From the NCBI GenBank assembly GCA_029258795.1, contig JAPDKB010000009.1, positions 22,564-86,563 of the forward strand: DNA of 64,000 bases, read 5' to 3'. The position numbers and the translations under genes are program-made. Shown in pieces: positions 50,297-60,423 of this stretch. This DNA is from an archaeon. GTDB taxonomy: Archaea; EX4484-52; WAPT01. Under the pieces are notes generated by a model. That model was not told where the DNA came from and ran no database searches. It worked only from the letters and a program-made list of their open reading frames with translations. The stretch's first letter is position 1. Each line of letters begins with the position of its first letter.

Positions 50297-51142
50297 ATGG
50301 GGAGAAAAATTCAGGCGTATGTGGAGATAATCCGGCTGAGTGTTTGCGGGCTTACCTTACTTGCATTTCTTGCAGGAGCAGCAATATCCACAATCTACGA
50401 ACTAGTTAGCATGGAAAAGATCATTCTCGGCTTGATAGCAGCGTTTTTAATTTGCGCATCAGGCAATGTGATAAACGATTATTTTGACGTGGAGATGGAT
50501 AAGATCAACCGTCCCACCAGACCGATTCCCTCGGGAAGAATAAAACCAAATGAAGCAATGATATTCTATGTTCTTCTGATCATTGTTGGTAACCTTCTTG
50601 CCTATTATGCAGGGACTTATTTCTTCATTCTCGCGGTTTTTAACACTTTCGTAGCATTTATCTATGCTTGGAAGTTGAAAAAGACCGCGCTTGTGGGCAA
50701 TATGATGGATTCATATCTCGCGGCATCGGTCTTCATAGCCCCGCTTTTCCTTCTCGAAAACTTCAGCATTCGTATGCTTGTTGAAAGCCCCGCCTTCATA
50801 CTTGGCGTCATAGCGTTTTTTGGCAACATGGGTCGTGAAATCTTAAAGGATGTGGAGGATATGGAAGGTGATAAAAGAGCGGGGGCCAGAACTCTGCCAG
50901 TGGTGGCTGGCACAAGAAAATCGAAGGCATTTGCTTACATTTTCATTACCACAGGAATTGTAATGGCGTGGTTGCCAGCATTGAGCGGAGTGCTTACCAC
51001 CCTTTACCTGCCGTTTTTATTGATTTCCTCACTGCTGGTTGTTGTGAGTTTTATAAAACACAAAAACGTATCTTTAGCTCAAAGAATTCTGAAAATTGTC
51101 ATGTATTTGGTCATTGCGGGTTTCATAGCGGGTAGCGTTTAA
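50297..51142 (+). CDS. UbiA-family prenyltransferase, likely digeranylgeranylglyceryl phosphate synthase
   Basis: ASGNVINDYFDVEMDKINRPTRPIPSG and a second Asp-rich motif DVEDMEGDKRAG; 8-9 TM. Confidence 0.6.
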   Translation: MGRKIQAYVEIIRLSVCGLTLLAFLAGAAISTIYELVSMEKIILGLIAAFLICASGNVINDYFDVEMDKINRPTRPIPSGRIKPNEAMIFYVLLIIVGNLLAYYAGTYFFILAVFNTFVAFIYAWKLKKTALVGNMMDSYLAASVFIAPLFLLENFSIRMLVESPAFILGVIAFFGNMGREILKDVEDMEGDKRAGARTLPVVAGTRKSKAFAYIFITTGIVMAWLPALSGVLTTLYLPFLLISSLLVVVSFIKHKNVSLAQRILKIVMYLVIAGFIAGSV

Positions 51143-51192
51143 ACGACAAATAACGAGTTAAATGTTCTGTTTTTAACGAAAAGTTTATATAG

Positions 51193-52044
51193 GTGAACCA
51201 CCAATATTTCAGGTTCATGCAGGGTGAAGAGGAACAATATTTGAATTGTTTGAAAAGAAGTTTCGCAAAAGAAATGAAGAGAAAGGTCAAGGAGATAGTA
51301 GATATCAACGATAGCTATTTACAACTTCTAAAGGCGTGCGGTCAAAAAATAGGAAGCGTCAGTTCAAAAGCGTTTTCTCATGGATTGAGCCACGGAGTCA
51401 ACACAGCTTACAATTTGATTGAGCTGGATGAAAAGTACGATTTGAATATAAGCAACAATGGTTATGATATCATTGCAGCGGCAATTCTGCACGATATAAA
51501 CAGGCCTTACGAGGTGCATGAGAACAACGGCATAGTTCCTAACGGGGAGCTTAGTGCTGAAGAAGCTTATCTTTTACTTTCATCCATTTATGGAGAGGAG
51601 AAAGCGAAAAATGTTGCTGAAGTGATAAAGTACCATGATGATCCTTCCTTGGCATCCCATGATGGAGGTCTGATGGAAGCCACCACTATTCTTAGGGCTG
51701 CGGATGTCCTTGATGCTGATATAACCAGAGTTTTGGCATGCGCTTACGAGTACTCGCAGCTGAAAGGCACTATGCTTTCACCCCGAGAAATAGCGAGAAG
51801 ATGGAAGAGGAAAGTGGATTACGATTTGGACGCGTTAAGGGATCTGGATGAGAGAATAATGAAGGAAGTGGAGGAACACTATCGACACACAACAAATCAG
51901 CTGGAGCAGATAATCGCTCTGGAGGGTTTGGAGGATTTAAGGAATGGAGAGGGATTAAGCCCGTTGGAAATTGCTCTTAAAGATTCGGCTCTTGTAGAAA
52001 GAGCAAAAGAAGAGGCATGCAGAGAAGTTGTTTCACGACTGTAA
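51193..52044 (+). CDS. HD-domain phosphohydrolase-like protein
   Basis: AAILHDINRP...H...D metal-binding pattern. Confidence 0.4.
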   Translation: MNHQYFRFMQGEEEQYLNCLKRSFAKEMKRKVKEIVDINDSYLQLLKACGQKIGSVSSKAFSHGLSHGVNTAYNLIELDEKYDLNISNNGYDIIAAAILHDINRPYEVHENNGIVPNGELSAEEAYLLLSSIYGEEKAKNVAEVIKYHDDPSLASHDGGLMEATTILRAADVLDADITRVLACAYEYSQLKGTMLSPREIARRWKRKVDYDLDALRDLDERIMKEVEEHYRHTTNQLEQIIALEGLEDLRNGEGLSPLEIALKDSALVERAKEEACREVVSRL

Positions 52045-52115
52045 AAAATTATGCGGTTATTTTCGTCTTTACACAACAGTTATATTTAAATTCTGGTTAA
52101 ACCACAACAATTCTT

Positions 52116-53408
52116 ATGCATCAGCTCAGCTCATCACCACAGGGAGGGATTGCGGATAGGTATGAGAAACAGATAAAATTCAAGCATATCGGCAAGGAGG
52201 AGCAGGAAGAACTAGCAAGAAAGAAAGTTGCCGTCGTTGGGCTTGGCGGACTCGGAAGCATGGAAGCCCAGCTTCTTGCAAGAGCTGGGGTTGGCACGCT
52301 TGTGCTCGTTGATCCCGATTATGTGGAGATTACCAATCTTCACAGACAGCTTCTTTATGATGAGGGCGATGTTGACAAGCTCAAAGCTGTTGTGGCTAGA
52401 GAAAAGCTGAGCAGAATAAACTCCTCATGCAAGTATGTGGCACATATAACGCCCATAACTTCAGATAATGTGGATGAGATATTGCACGATGTGGATGTGG
52501 TGGTGGATGGTCTGGATGACATGCATGCCAGATACATTCTGAATGATTATTGTGTGAAAGCTGGAAAACCCCTCGTTCATGCGGCCGTGGCTGGAAGCAT
52601 AGGAGTGGTGTTCAACATATTGCCCAGAAGAACGCCTTGCCTGCAGTGCCTCTATCCAAAAGAGCTGGTGGAGAAAGAGCTCCAGACCTATGATATTGAT
52701 ACTGCAGGAGCGCTCAACATGGCCATAGCCACTGTAGGGGCTATAGCTGCATGCGAAGCTCTGAAAATCCTGCTGAATAAAAACATTTCGGAAGAGTTGA
52801 TTTATGTTGATTTGTGGAAGCAGGAGTTCCAGAAGGTGAAGATTGAAAAGGATGCTTCATGCCCTGCATGCAGAGGCAGGTATGTTTTCCTTGAGGAAGG
52901 GAGGGGAAGGAGAGTTGTGAAGCTCAGCAAAAACAAGTTTTTCGTGTTCCATGAGAGGAGCTTTGATTTTGAGAAAGCTATTGACTCGCTCAAAAGCATG
53001 GGCTATGCCGTGAGACACGATAACTTTGTTGCGCACGTTGCGGAGAGCGGAGCCATAGTGTCATTCTTGAGGAATGGAGATGCACTTGTCAAGAATGTTT
53101 CGAGTGAGGGGGAAGCCCTTAGAATATACGAGACCTTGATTGAAAGAGCGAGCTCAAGTGTAATGCATACCCAACCCACTCAACTCCATGATGAGGAAGA
53201 AAATAAAGATAAGCATGAGGATATTCAACTGGAGTTTTTCAGAGATGTTTCTGAAGGAAACGAAACAGAAAGTGATGAAAAGGAATTTGAAAGGCATGAA
53301 CGTGATGACGCGGGAAACGAGGAAACAACGTTTTTACCCTCTAAAAATGAGAGTGAAGAAAAGAAGGAAGAAGATGATGACCTATTCTTCCCCAATCCGT
53401 TTCAGTAA
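52116..53408 (+). CDS. E1-like ThiF/MoeB/UbaA-family adenylyltransferase with a ~170 aa uncharacterised C-terminal extension and acidic tail
   Basis: VAVVGLGGLGSMEAQLLARAGVGTLVLVDPDYVEITNLHRQ; zinc motifs CLQC...CPAC; the extension ends EEKKEEDDDLFFPNPFQ. Confidence 0.7.
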   Translation: MHQLSSSPQGGIADRYEKQIKFKHIGKEEQEELARKKVAVVGLGGLGSMEAQLLARAGVGTLVLVDPDYVEITNLHRQLLYDEGDVDKLKAVVAREKLSRINSSCKYVAHITPITSDNVDEILHDVDVVVDGLDDMHARYILNDYCVKAGKPLVHAAVAGSIGVVFNILPRRTPCLQCLYPKELVEKELQTYDIDTAGALNMAIATVGAIAACEALKILLNKNISEELIYVDLWKQEFQKVKIEKDASCPACRGRYVFLEEGRGRRVVKLSKNKFFVFHERSFDFEKAIDSLKSMGYAVRHDNFVAHVAESGAIVSFLRNGDALVKNVSSEGEALRIYETLIERASSSVMHTQPTQLHDEEENKDKHEDIQLEFFRDVSEGNETESDEKEFERHERDDAGNEETTFLPSKNESEEKKEEDDDLFFPNPFQ

Positions 53409-54323
53409 TATACAAGCTTTACATGTTCTCTGAGAGGTGGGCTCACCACACCTACTGCAACGTCTTATCCTGTCCATCTCCACCAAGCTTCTCAGCGCTG
53501 GTTGAATTCTGTCGAATGTTCTCACTATGCTGTACTTTATGCCAGGATACTTGTCCTCAAGCATGTTTATGATATCTCTCACATCCCCCCTAAACGCATC
53601 CGTAACATAGGGACATTCTGCCAGCGAAAAAGGGAGCTCAAGCAGCATGGCAGCCAGCGTGGTCTCCTTTTCCGGAATGTCCCTCAATGGCTTGATGCGC
53701 ACCACGAACTTTTCATCCTCCACAAAATACGGCACGTATCCTATTCTCACCGCTCTGAGCAAATCACCTCTTAGATAGTTAGCAAGGATGGCCTGTGCTT
53801 CATCATCCAGATTGTGGGCTATTGCAAGCTTATCGGCTCTTAGCTCTCTTGCGCCCTTGTTGAGAAGGTACCTCCTGAAAGTTCCACAATAAGTGCAGGC
53901 ATGCACCTCGTATCCGTACTTTTCCTTTTCAAGTTTCACCATTTCATCCAGAGTTTTGCCAAAGCTCTTCTTGAAGCTGTACTCATAATAAGGAACGTCC
54001 AACCGCTCGCACAGCTCTTTTGCATACTTTTTCGTTTTGTCCCTGTAACCCGCTATCCCCTCATCAATCAGCAATGCTTCCAGCTCGAAATGCCCCTGCT
54101 TTTTCTGCTTGTCTCTCAAAAGTTTGAGGAGGAGAGCAGAGTCCTTTCCCCCGGAAATGCCGACAACAACCCTGTCATTGCGCTTTATCATTCCGTATTT
54201 TCGGATGGTTCTGTTAACTTTAAAACGCACATCCCGTATGAAGTGATGCTTGCAAAGAGCTTTTCCCTCAAATTTCCTGTAAATAACCGCGGGATTACCA
54301 CATTTGCTGCACTTCAGTACCAT
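53382..54323 (-). CDS. ttuA: tRNA 2-thiolation protein TtuA/NcsA-like (PP-loop ATPase with zinc fingers and Fe-S Cys)
   Basis: N-terminal CSKCG...C..HH, PP-loop SGGKDS, CTYCGTFRR, C-terminal CSRCG...CKAC. Confidence 0.7.
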   Translation of the reverse strand: MVLKCSKCGNPAVIYRKFEGKALCKHHFIRDVRFKVNRTIRKYGMIKRNDRVVVGISGGKDSALLLKLLRDKQKKQGHFELEALLIDEGIAGYRDKTKKYAKELCERLDVPYYEYSFKKSFGKTLDEMVKLEKEKYGYEVHACTYCGTFRRYLLNKGARELRADKLAIAHNLDDEAQAILANYLRGDLLRAVRIGYVPYFVEDEKFVVRIKPLRDIPEKETTLAAMLLELPFSLAECPYVTDAFRGDVRDIINMLEDKYPGIKYSIVRTFDRIQPALRSLVEMDRIRRCSRCGEPTSQRTCKACILLKRIGEE

Positions 54324-54434
54324 GAAGCCAGTTTTATGAGGGAGAGTTAAATTTCTTTCACTGGCTTACAAACCGCGCCCTGTTATCCGTGATAGCCATA
54401 GATTATTTATATCTCAATATACCAAAATTGAATC

Positions 54435-57400
54435 ATGCAAAAAGCGCAAAATGCAATTTCAAACATACTCATCATTATATTCTTCTTACTCTTCATTCCA
54501 GCCATCGCTCAAGCCATGGAAATCATGAATGTGACCGATTATCCTGACCCGCTTAAAGCCAATTCCACTTACATAACCATAAAATTCAACGTAACCACAG
54601 ATATGAATCAAACGATAGATAAAGCGCTGATATTTCTCACCGGACCGAATCTGGCTTTCGAGGATGTGCTTGAGCCGGTGTCGAACAAAACGTACACGGT
54701 TGTGGTGCAGACCAATCAAAGCGGAAATCTGACCAACACAACCACCAACATAACCGAATTCACCTTCACCTACTGGCCGGAGATTGAGGGCACATACTGG
54801 TACAGGGCTTTTGTTAACGACACGAACGGAAACTCAACTTACTCATCCTATTACAGCTTTTCAGCATTGCGTTATCCTTTAATTCACGCTGTCCATATAA
54901 CCACTCCTGTAAACTACACTGATGACGTGCTCATCAACATCACCGCCTATATCCTTCCTTGGGACGGTGAAACGATAACAAATGTAACGGCTGAAATAAT
55001 AAGTCCCAACGGCACAGCTTTCAATTTGACCATGAACTTTTCACACTTTGATGGTACCTATTACGTTTACAACGCTTCGTTCCATCCAGATGTCTATGCT
55101 ATCTATGTTATCGACCACTGGGAAAGGGAATACAGAATAAGGGTGTTCGCCACTGATAACACATCAAGCACATCCGTATCTGATTTCTACACGGCAAGAG
55201 CGGAGGACTACGTGCCAGAGGTGGTGGATGTTGCGGCATATCCACCGGCACAGGAATTCTTGGGTGTGGCGTTTTACATACCGACTAACAATACCCTCGT
55301 GATAAATATAACAACACACGATGTAACGTCAGCCACAAATTTAACGAGCAATATTAACAAATCACAACTCATACTCACAAGCAGTTACCTTGGCTTATAT
55401 GAGGTGTATAACCTAACCCTGATCGACTCCAACGAAAGTTACAAGGTCTATAATTGGAGTTTTAATTACACAACCCCCCACATCCTGTATGAGTTCAGGA
55501 TCTACTTGGAAGATACTCACGGAAACAAATATCTTTCACAACCTTACTTCTTCTCAGATGACATCATGACGTACAGGATAGTACCTCTAGAGTTAAATGT
55601 CAGTGAAGCTTGCTGTTTGCTGCCGGTGGTTATAGTCTCCCCGAAGGTCATGTACGAGGGGCAAACGTTCACCATATATACCTATGTGGAGAACTGTGGC
55701 AGTGTGCCAGTAAATGTGAGCGGAGGTGTGGACATATACAAGATAAGGGGTAAGGATTGGATACATTATGAAACCGTGGCAGAGCAGGATGAATATGCTT
55801 TTTACAATCTAAAACCGGGGGAAATAGCCGGCACATATTATGTCAGGAGCAGCGCTGACTATGATGAAGGAAACTACAGCGCTGTGCTGGATGTGAACTA
55901 CTATGCTGATGTGTGCTTCAACAGAACAAACGGCACGGATTTCTTTGAAATCAAGAAGTTTGGCGGACATGGACCGATGGACTTGATAGTGATAAGGGAA
56001 ATGCCATCAAGCATCACCCAGCCGAAGGAATGCGAAACAAATCCAGACGCGTGTAACACCTTACAGATAAGACTTTTCCTTTACAACAGAGGTGCCCAAA
56101 ACATAACCAACGTTACTTTCACAGACACCATCCAGCTGAACATATCATTAGCGCATCCGAATCCAGAGGTGGGCGCTCCTGTAAAGGTGGTGTGTAATTC
56201 TACATATGCTTACAACTGCAGCGTGAAGATGAAAAAGTACACCCCCTATGATCCAACTGTGGCTATAATTCATGTTAACCTTACCCAACCCATTCTTCCC
56301 AGAAACTACGTTATGGTAAGTTATAACTTAACACCCGCATCCAACCTTACAGTATATAACGAGACCTATGAAACAAAATACACATTCATAGTCCAAGGTA
56401 CATTTACCGATTCTAAGGGTCAGACACAGATATTTTTGGAGAGGATGCCTTATTTCAATCCACCGGAATCCTATACTTTAGAGCTGGTGGATGAGAAATC
56501 ATTCGACTACAACATTTTCGTTAACAACAATTCGCAGACCAACTTAACGCACCTTCGTTCCTTCTATGCTCTCAAGCCGGCTACACTCGAAATAGTGGCA
56601 AAATCAATATCCGGAGATCACGAAATGAACGGAAATTATTTTGTTAATGTTTCGATTCCGCCCATTTGGAAGATAAATGGTGTGGTGGATTATGGGGATT
56701 GCGATGCCATAACCTATCAGAATTATGATTTAACGCATGCACAACCATACATATTGTGTAACTCATCCAAACCCCTGAAAAACAACGATGCCATCACATT
56801 TTCCGTTAACGTGACCAGCTTCATAGATGAAATGTTTTTGCTTCCTGCTGAGGGTACAAATTTCTTTGACCTGAAATCTCCATACATACCCGGTTTCTTC
56901 CTTGTAGCAATGCGCCCCCAGAATGAAACTCCCACACCGAAGCCAGTGCCTCAACCAGTTCCTAAGCCAGTGCCTCAACCAGTACCCCAACCCGTACCTC
57001 AACCAACCCCAAAGCCGAAAATAGAAATAGTGTTAACGCCAATAAAGGACGAGTATACTGCGTATCAAGATCAGTTAATTCCAACATATTTCTCAGTTGA
57101 GAACATAGGTAATGCCACAGCATACAACATATCCATCGAGCCTGAACTCCCCTCTCCTGAGTGGAGATTCTCACCAACCTACGTGGATGTTCTGAGACCG
57201 GGAGAGAAGGTCAACAGAACGCTGATGATCGCGCCAGGCATAGATACTCCTCCTGGGCTTTACGTCATACCTGTAAAAGCAGTAGTCGATGGGGAGGTGG
57301 CTGATCTCGCCTACATAAAGGTTCACGTGCTCTTCGGGAAGCATCTTGCCAAAATAGAAATAGTGGAGGCTCCAACGGAGGTTGAAATAGACGAGTTCTC

Positions 57401-57884
57401 AAACCTAACAATCCCTGTACTCCTAAAAAACATTGGCAGGAAAAAGCTGCACAACGTAACCATGAGGTTGGAAAACGTGGAGGAGTGTATTTCCTTCCAG
57501 AATTCAAGCATGCATGAACTGGATGTTAATGAAACGGTGAGTGCAACCCTTTTCATCACGGCAAAAGATGCTCCCAAGAAGTGCAGGGCTGTGCTTATAG
57601 TCTCTTCAAAGGAGGAAGCGTATGCCTTTGCACCGGTGCTGATAAAGGTTAATCCCAGACCACCACTCATGCCACTGCAGTGGAAGTGGGCACCCTATCT
57701 TGCTTTGGGATGGACTGCTATTTTTGTAACATATGGTGTGATAAGAAAAAGAAAGGCGAGAAGGGGTGAAAGACCAAGAACGATATGGCCACGAGTTTTC
57801 ATTTATACACTTTTAATGGGAGAGATTTTGATAATTATTTACGTGATGCTCTGGATTTTCGGTTATATCGCTTCGATGATTTAA
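54435..57884 (+). CDS. Large secreted surface protein (1149 aa), candidate S-layer/surface glycoprotein
   Basis: Signal peptide, very many N-x-S/T sequons, a Pro-rich linker TPTPKPVPQPVPKPVPQPVPQPVPQPTPKPK, and a C-terminal TM followed by a basic stretch (IRKRKARRGERPR) and a second TM. Confidence 0.65.
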   Translation: MQKAQNAISNILIIIFFLLFIPAIAQAMEIMNVTDYPDPLKANSTYITIKFNVTTDMNQTIDKALIFLTGPNLAFEDVLEPVSNKTYTVVVQTNQSGNLTNTTTNITEFTFTYWPEIEGTYWYRAFVNDTNGNSTYSSYYSFSALRYPLIHAVHITTPVNYTDDVLINITAYILPWDGETITNVTAEIISPNGTAFNLTMNFSHFDGTYYVYNASFHPDVYAIYVIDHWEREYRIRVFATDNTSSTSVSDFYTARAEDYVPEVVDVAAYPPAQEFLGVAFYIPTNNTLVINITTHDVTSATNLTSNINKSQLILTSSYLGLYEVYNLTLIDSNESYKVYNWSFNYTTPHILYEFRIYLEDTHGNKYLSQPYFFSDDIMTYRIVPLELNVSEACCLLPVVIVSPKVMYEGQTFTIYTYVENCGSVPVNVSGGVDIYKIRGKDWIHYETVAEQDEYAFYNLKPGEIAGTYYVRSSADYDEGNYSAVLDVNYYADVCFNRTNGTDFFEIKKFGGHGPMDLIVIREMPSSITQPKECETNPDACNTLQIRLFLYNRGAQNITNVTFTDTIQLNISLAHPNPEVGAPVKVVCNSTYAYNCSVKMKKYTPYDPTVAIIHVNLTQPILPRNYVMVSYNLTPASNLTVYNETYETKYTFIVQGTFTDSKGQTQIFLERMPYFNPPESYTLELVDEKSFDYNIFVNNNSQTNLTHLRSFYALKPATLEIVAKSISGDHEMNGNYFVNVSIPPIWKINGVVDYGDCDAITYQNYDLTHAQPYILCNSSKPLKNNDAITFSVNVTSFIDEMFLLPAEGTNFFDLKSPYIPGFFLVAMRPQNETPTPKPVPQPVPKPVPQPVPQPVPQPTPKPKIEIVLTPIKDEYTAYQDQLIPTYFSVENIGNATAYNISIEPELPSPEWRFSPTYVDVLRPGEKVNRTLMIAPGIDTPPGLYVIPVKAVVDGEVADLAYIKVHVLFGKHLAKIEIVEAPTEVEIDEFSNLTIPVLLKNIGRKKLHNVTMRLENVEECISFQNSSMHELDVNETVSATLFITAKDAPKKCRAVLIVSSKEEAYAFAPVLIKVNPRPPLMPLQWKWAPYLALGWTAIFVTYGVIRKRKARRGERPRTIWPRVFIYTLLMGEILIIIYVMLWIFGYIASMI
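56935..57010 (+). repeat. Tandem 12-nt coding repeat (5-6 units) encoding a (P-V-P-Q/K) linker
   Basis: ccagtgcctcaa / ccagttcctaag / ccagtgcctcaa / ccagtaccccaa / cccgtacctcaa. Confidence 0.7.
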
Positions 57885-58530
57885 ACACAATGTTCTTTAT
57901 TTTTTCAACATTTTTTATTAACCATACTGTAAGTTTCTCTTCGGTTTCATGTTCTTCGTACCACTCATCTTTATTTTCTTCCCATTCCAGAATGAAGAGA
58001 TGCAGATCATGATAAAGGCTAATGCCAAGTATTAAGAGCATGAACCCTAGTATGCTTAGACCAGTGAGCTTTACCACCGGCATGAAATTCTGGTCCAACC
58101 CTACTGCTTGTAAGGCATACATGATATCTCCATTATTTTGAAAGAAGTACACAGAAGTATTGAGAAAAAACGACATGGCTAGAGCAACGGAGAGAAGCGC
58201 CGCATTAACCCTTCTTTTTCTCGTCAGCACGATATCAATCACCATCAAGATGAAACCCAATACAAATGTAAGAATCACACCACCAAGATATACTGAAAGT
58301 TGCTGAACCTTCGTAAGTTCACAGACCTCATAAATTTTTCCATAAAAGCTTTTGAGTATTACGATATCCAGATGAGCAACATATTTACAGCCATAATATT
58401 TTAACATAAGGATGTGTCCCATTTCATGAATCACCGGTGCAATGATGTAAAATCCAAAAAGGAAAAGTAGGGCACCCACTACAATGATGCCGTACTCCTT
58501 CGGGTGAGAATTCAGAGTGTCATCCGTCAT
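57835..58530 (-). CDS. Polytopic membrane protein with an HExxH motif (M50B/DUF3267-like putative metalloprotease)
   Basis: IHEMGHILM in the first TM region; 6 TM segments. Confidence 0.4.
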   Translation of the reverse strand: MTDDTLNSHPKEYGIIVVGALLFLFGFYIIAPVIHEMGHILMLKYYGCKYVAHLDIVILKSFYGKIYEVCELTKVQQLSVYLGGVILTFVLGFILMVIDIVLTRKRRVNAALLSVALAMSFFLNTSVYFFQNNGDIMYALQAVGLDQNFMPVVKLTGLSILGFMLLILGISLYHDLHLFILEWEENKDEWYEEHETEEKLTVWLIKNVEKIKNIVFKSSKRYNRKSRASRK

Positions 58531-58533
58531 TCA

Positions 58534-60318
58534 TCACACACCGAAAAATTCGTTTATTTTCTGGAAGAGACTCTTTTTATCTCGTTCTTTTCGTTCAACA
58601 TTTTCACTCTTTTTTGACACATTATCTATCGTATTTTTCCCCTCCTTTACCTCCTCATTAGGTGGCTCTTCACTTGCGGTTTTTTGCTCTTCACTTCGAA
58701 TCTCGCTATACTCATCTTCACTTTTTTCTTCAACCTTTTTCTCTTCTTTTTTTCCTTCTTCTTTAGCTACGCTTTTCTTGAGATCAGTGAAAATGAGATG
58801 TAATGTATCCTTACATCCTTCATACACTTCATGCACATCATCATCACTTATCTTTCCCTGATATTCCTTCGCCATCATCTTCTCAAAGAAAGTGGCGAGC
58901 TTCATTTTAGTTTCAGAATCTATTCTTTCATCACTCTTTATTTTTTCTACAACCTGCGCGTGTGTGAGCTCCTCATTTATACCAAGGATATTCTCTACCT
59001 CTCTCTTTACTAACAGCACCATCTTAGGGATAGCATCCCTGCCTTCATTTTTAGCGTAAATCTCCTCAAGCTCTTTTATAGCTTGCCTGTATCTGTCATC
59101 TTTAACGCTCTTCTTTTTGGAGAATAATTTTTTGAGTATGGATTCTTTCTCTTCAGTTTTCTCTTTCTTTCTATTGGCAATCTTTTCCTCGTGTTTGGAG
59201 AGTTTTTCGAGTTCATTTTCAGCGTCTTCAATCTCCTTCTTTATGCGATTAAGAAATGAGTTAAGCACAAGCTCTATCTCATCCACCACGAGATCATAGG
59301 TGGCAAGTTTATCTTCAATAATCTTTCTTTTTTTATTGTAAAGTTCCTCGTTAACCACGCCCTGATCATAAAGTTTCTGAAGAGCTTGCAGGTAAAGTTT
59401 AAGCTTTTCTTTTTCCTTTTTTACACCCTCTTCCTCCATGAATTCATCAATGAGTTTACTCATACGTTCTTTAAGTTTGATTATGGTGAGTTTTTGAGCT
59501 TCTTTATGTAAGAGTAAATCTGCAAGTTCCAGCTTCTTTACCAGAAGCTCTCTGCTTTTCTTATAATCTTCATCCTCTATAAAACCAGCTTCCTTCAATT
59601 TTTCAAGCGCTTTTATTCCATCTTCTATTTCCTTTTTCAAAGCCACGTACTTTTTAGTATTATCTCCCGAGATGATAACTGCCTCCCTAAGTTTTTTCTC
59701 TTCGCTTTTTTGAGATTCGGATGTTTCGGGTTCACTGGTATCCGCATCAGCCTCATGGGTCTCCACATTTTCCCTGAATTCTTTTTTATCTTTCTCCTTT
59801 TCTTTGCTCTTTTCCAGTCCTTTTTTGATGGTGTTTTTGAGCTCTTTAATAGCTTTCAATTTCTCCTTCAGAGTATCAGAACTCTCTTCATCTTCTTTTT
59901 CTGACACCTCTTTCTTTCTTTGAGAGGGTGGTGCCGGCGCTACAGTTTTCTCGGCCTCATCGCTCTTTTCGGAAGGAGATTCGTTAAAGAAATGTGAATA
60001 TTCTTTTCCAACGCTCGTCGATGTTCCCTGAATCTTTGGCTGGGCGCTTTTCACTTCCTCTGGCTCTGAATTGCGGTAGACGTCCCCTTTTTCTTCCTGA
60101 GATTCTTCTTGAGGTTTTGATGAGGGGGGAGAAGTATTTTTACTTCCACCAAGTATGGATTTGAGCTGGGATATCATTTCCTGTGCTTGCTGGAGGGAAT
60201 CATTTTCTTCAGTATCCTTTTGCGGTAGAATAGCGTTAATATTGTCGTCTGGCTGTTTTTTTTCACTAACTTTTACATTCTCTTGGATCACTTTCTCGGT
60301 AATGACACTGTTTCCCAT
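58534..60318 (-). CDS. Hypothetical highly charged K/E-rich coiled-coil protein, 594 aa
   Basis: Long low-complexity Lys/Glu composition with heptad-like spacing. Confidence 0.5.
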   Translation of the reverse strand: MGNSVITEKVIQENVKVSEKKQPDDNINAILPQKDTEENDSLQQAQEMISQLKSILGGSKNTSPPSSKPQEESQEEKGDVYRNSEPEEVKSAQPKIQGTSTSVGKEYSHFFNESPSEKSDEAEKTVAPAPPSQRKKEVSEKEDEESSDTLKEKLKAIKELKNTIKKGLEKSKEKEKDKKEFRENVETHEADADTSEPETSESQKSEEKKLREAVIISGDNTKKYVALKKEIEDGIKALEKLKEAGFIEDEDYKKSRELLVKKLELADLLLHKEAQKLTIIKLKERMSKLIDEFMEEEGVKKEKEKLKLYLQALQKLYDQGVVNEELYNKKRKIIEDKLATYDLVVDEIELVLNSFLNRIKKEIEDAENELEKLSKHEEKIANRKKEKTEEKESILKKLFSKKKSVKDDRYRQAIKELEEIYAKNEGRDAIPKMVLLVKREVENILGINEELTHAQVVEKIKSDERIDSETKMKLATFFEKMMAKEYQGKISDDDVHEVYEGCKDTLHLIFTDLKKSVAKEEGKKEEKKVEEKSEDEYSEIRSEEQKTASEEPPNEEVKEGKNTIDNVSKKSENVERKERDKKSLFQKINEFFGV

Positions 60319-60423
60319 GGTGGTGCACCACCCATCCGTCTAAACATTTATTAGGAGATTAAACCTATATATAGATATTTCGGTGTATTCGTTACGATAA
60401 CACCCCGTTCAGGGTAGAAAAAT

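Noticed and set aside
56935-57010. Short tandem repeats considered as a possible CRISPR array
   Set aside because: The units are 12 nt, contiguous, in-frame within a large CDS, and have no spacers. No CRISPR array or cas genes were seen anywhere in the window.
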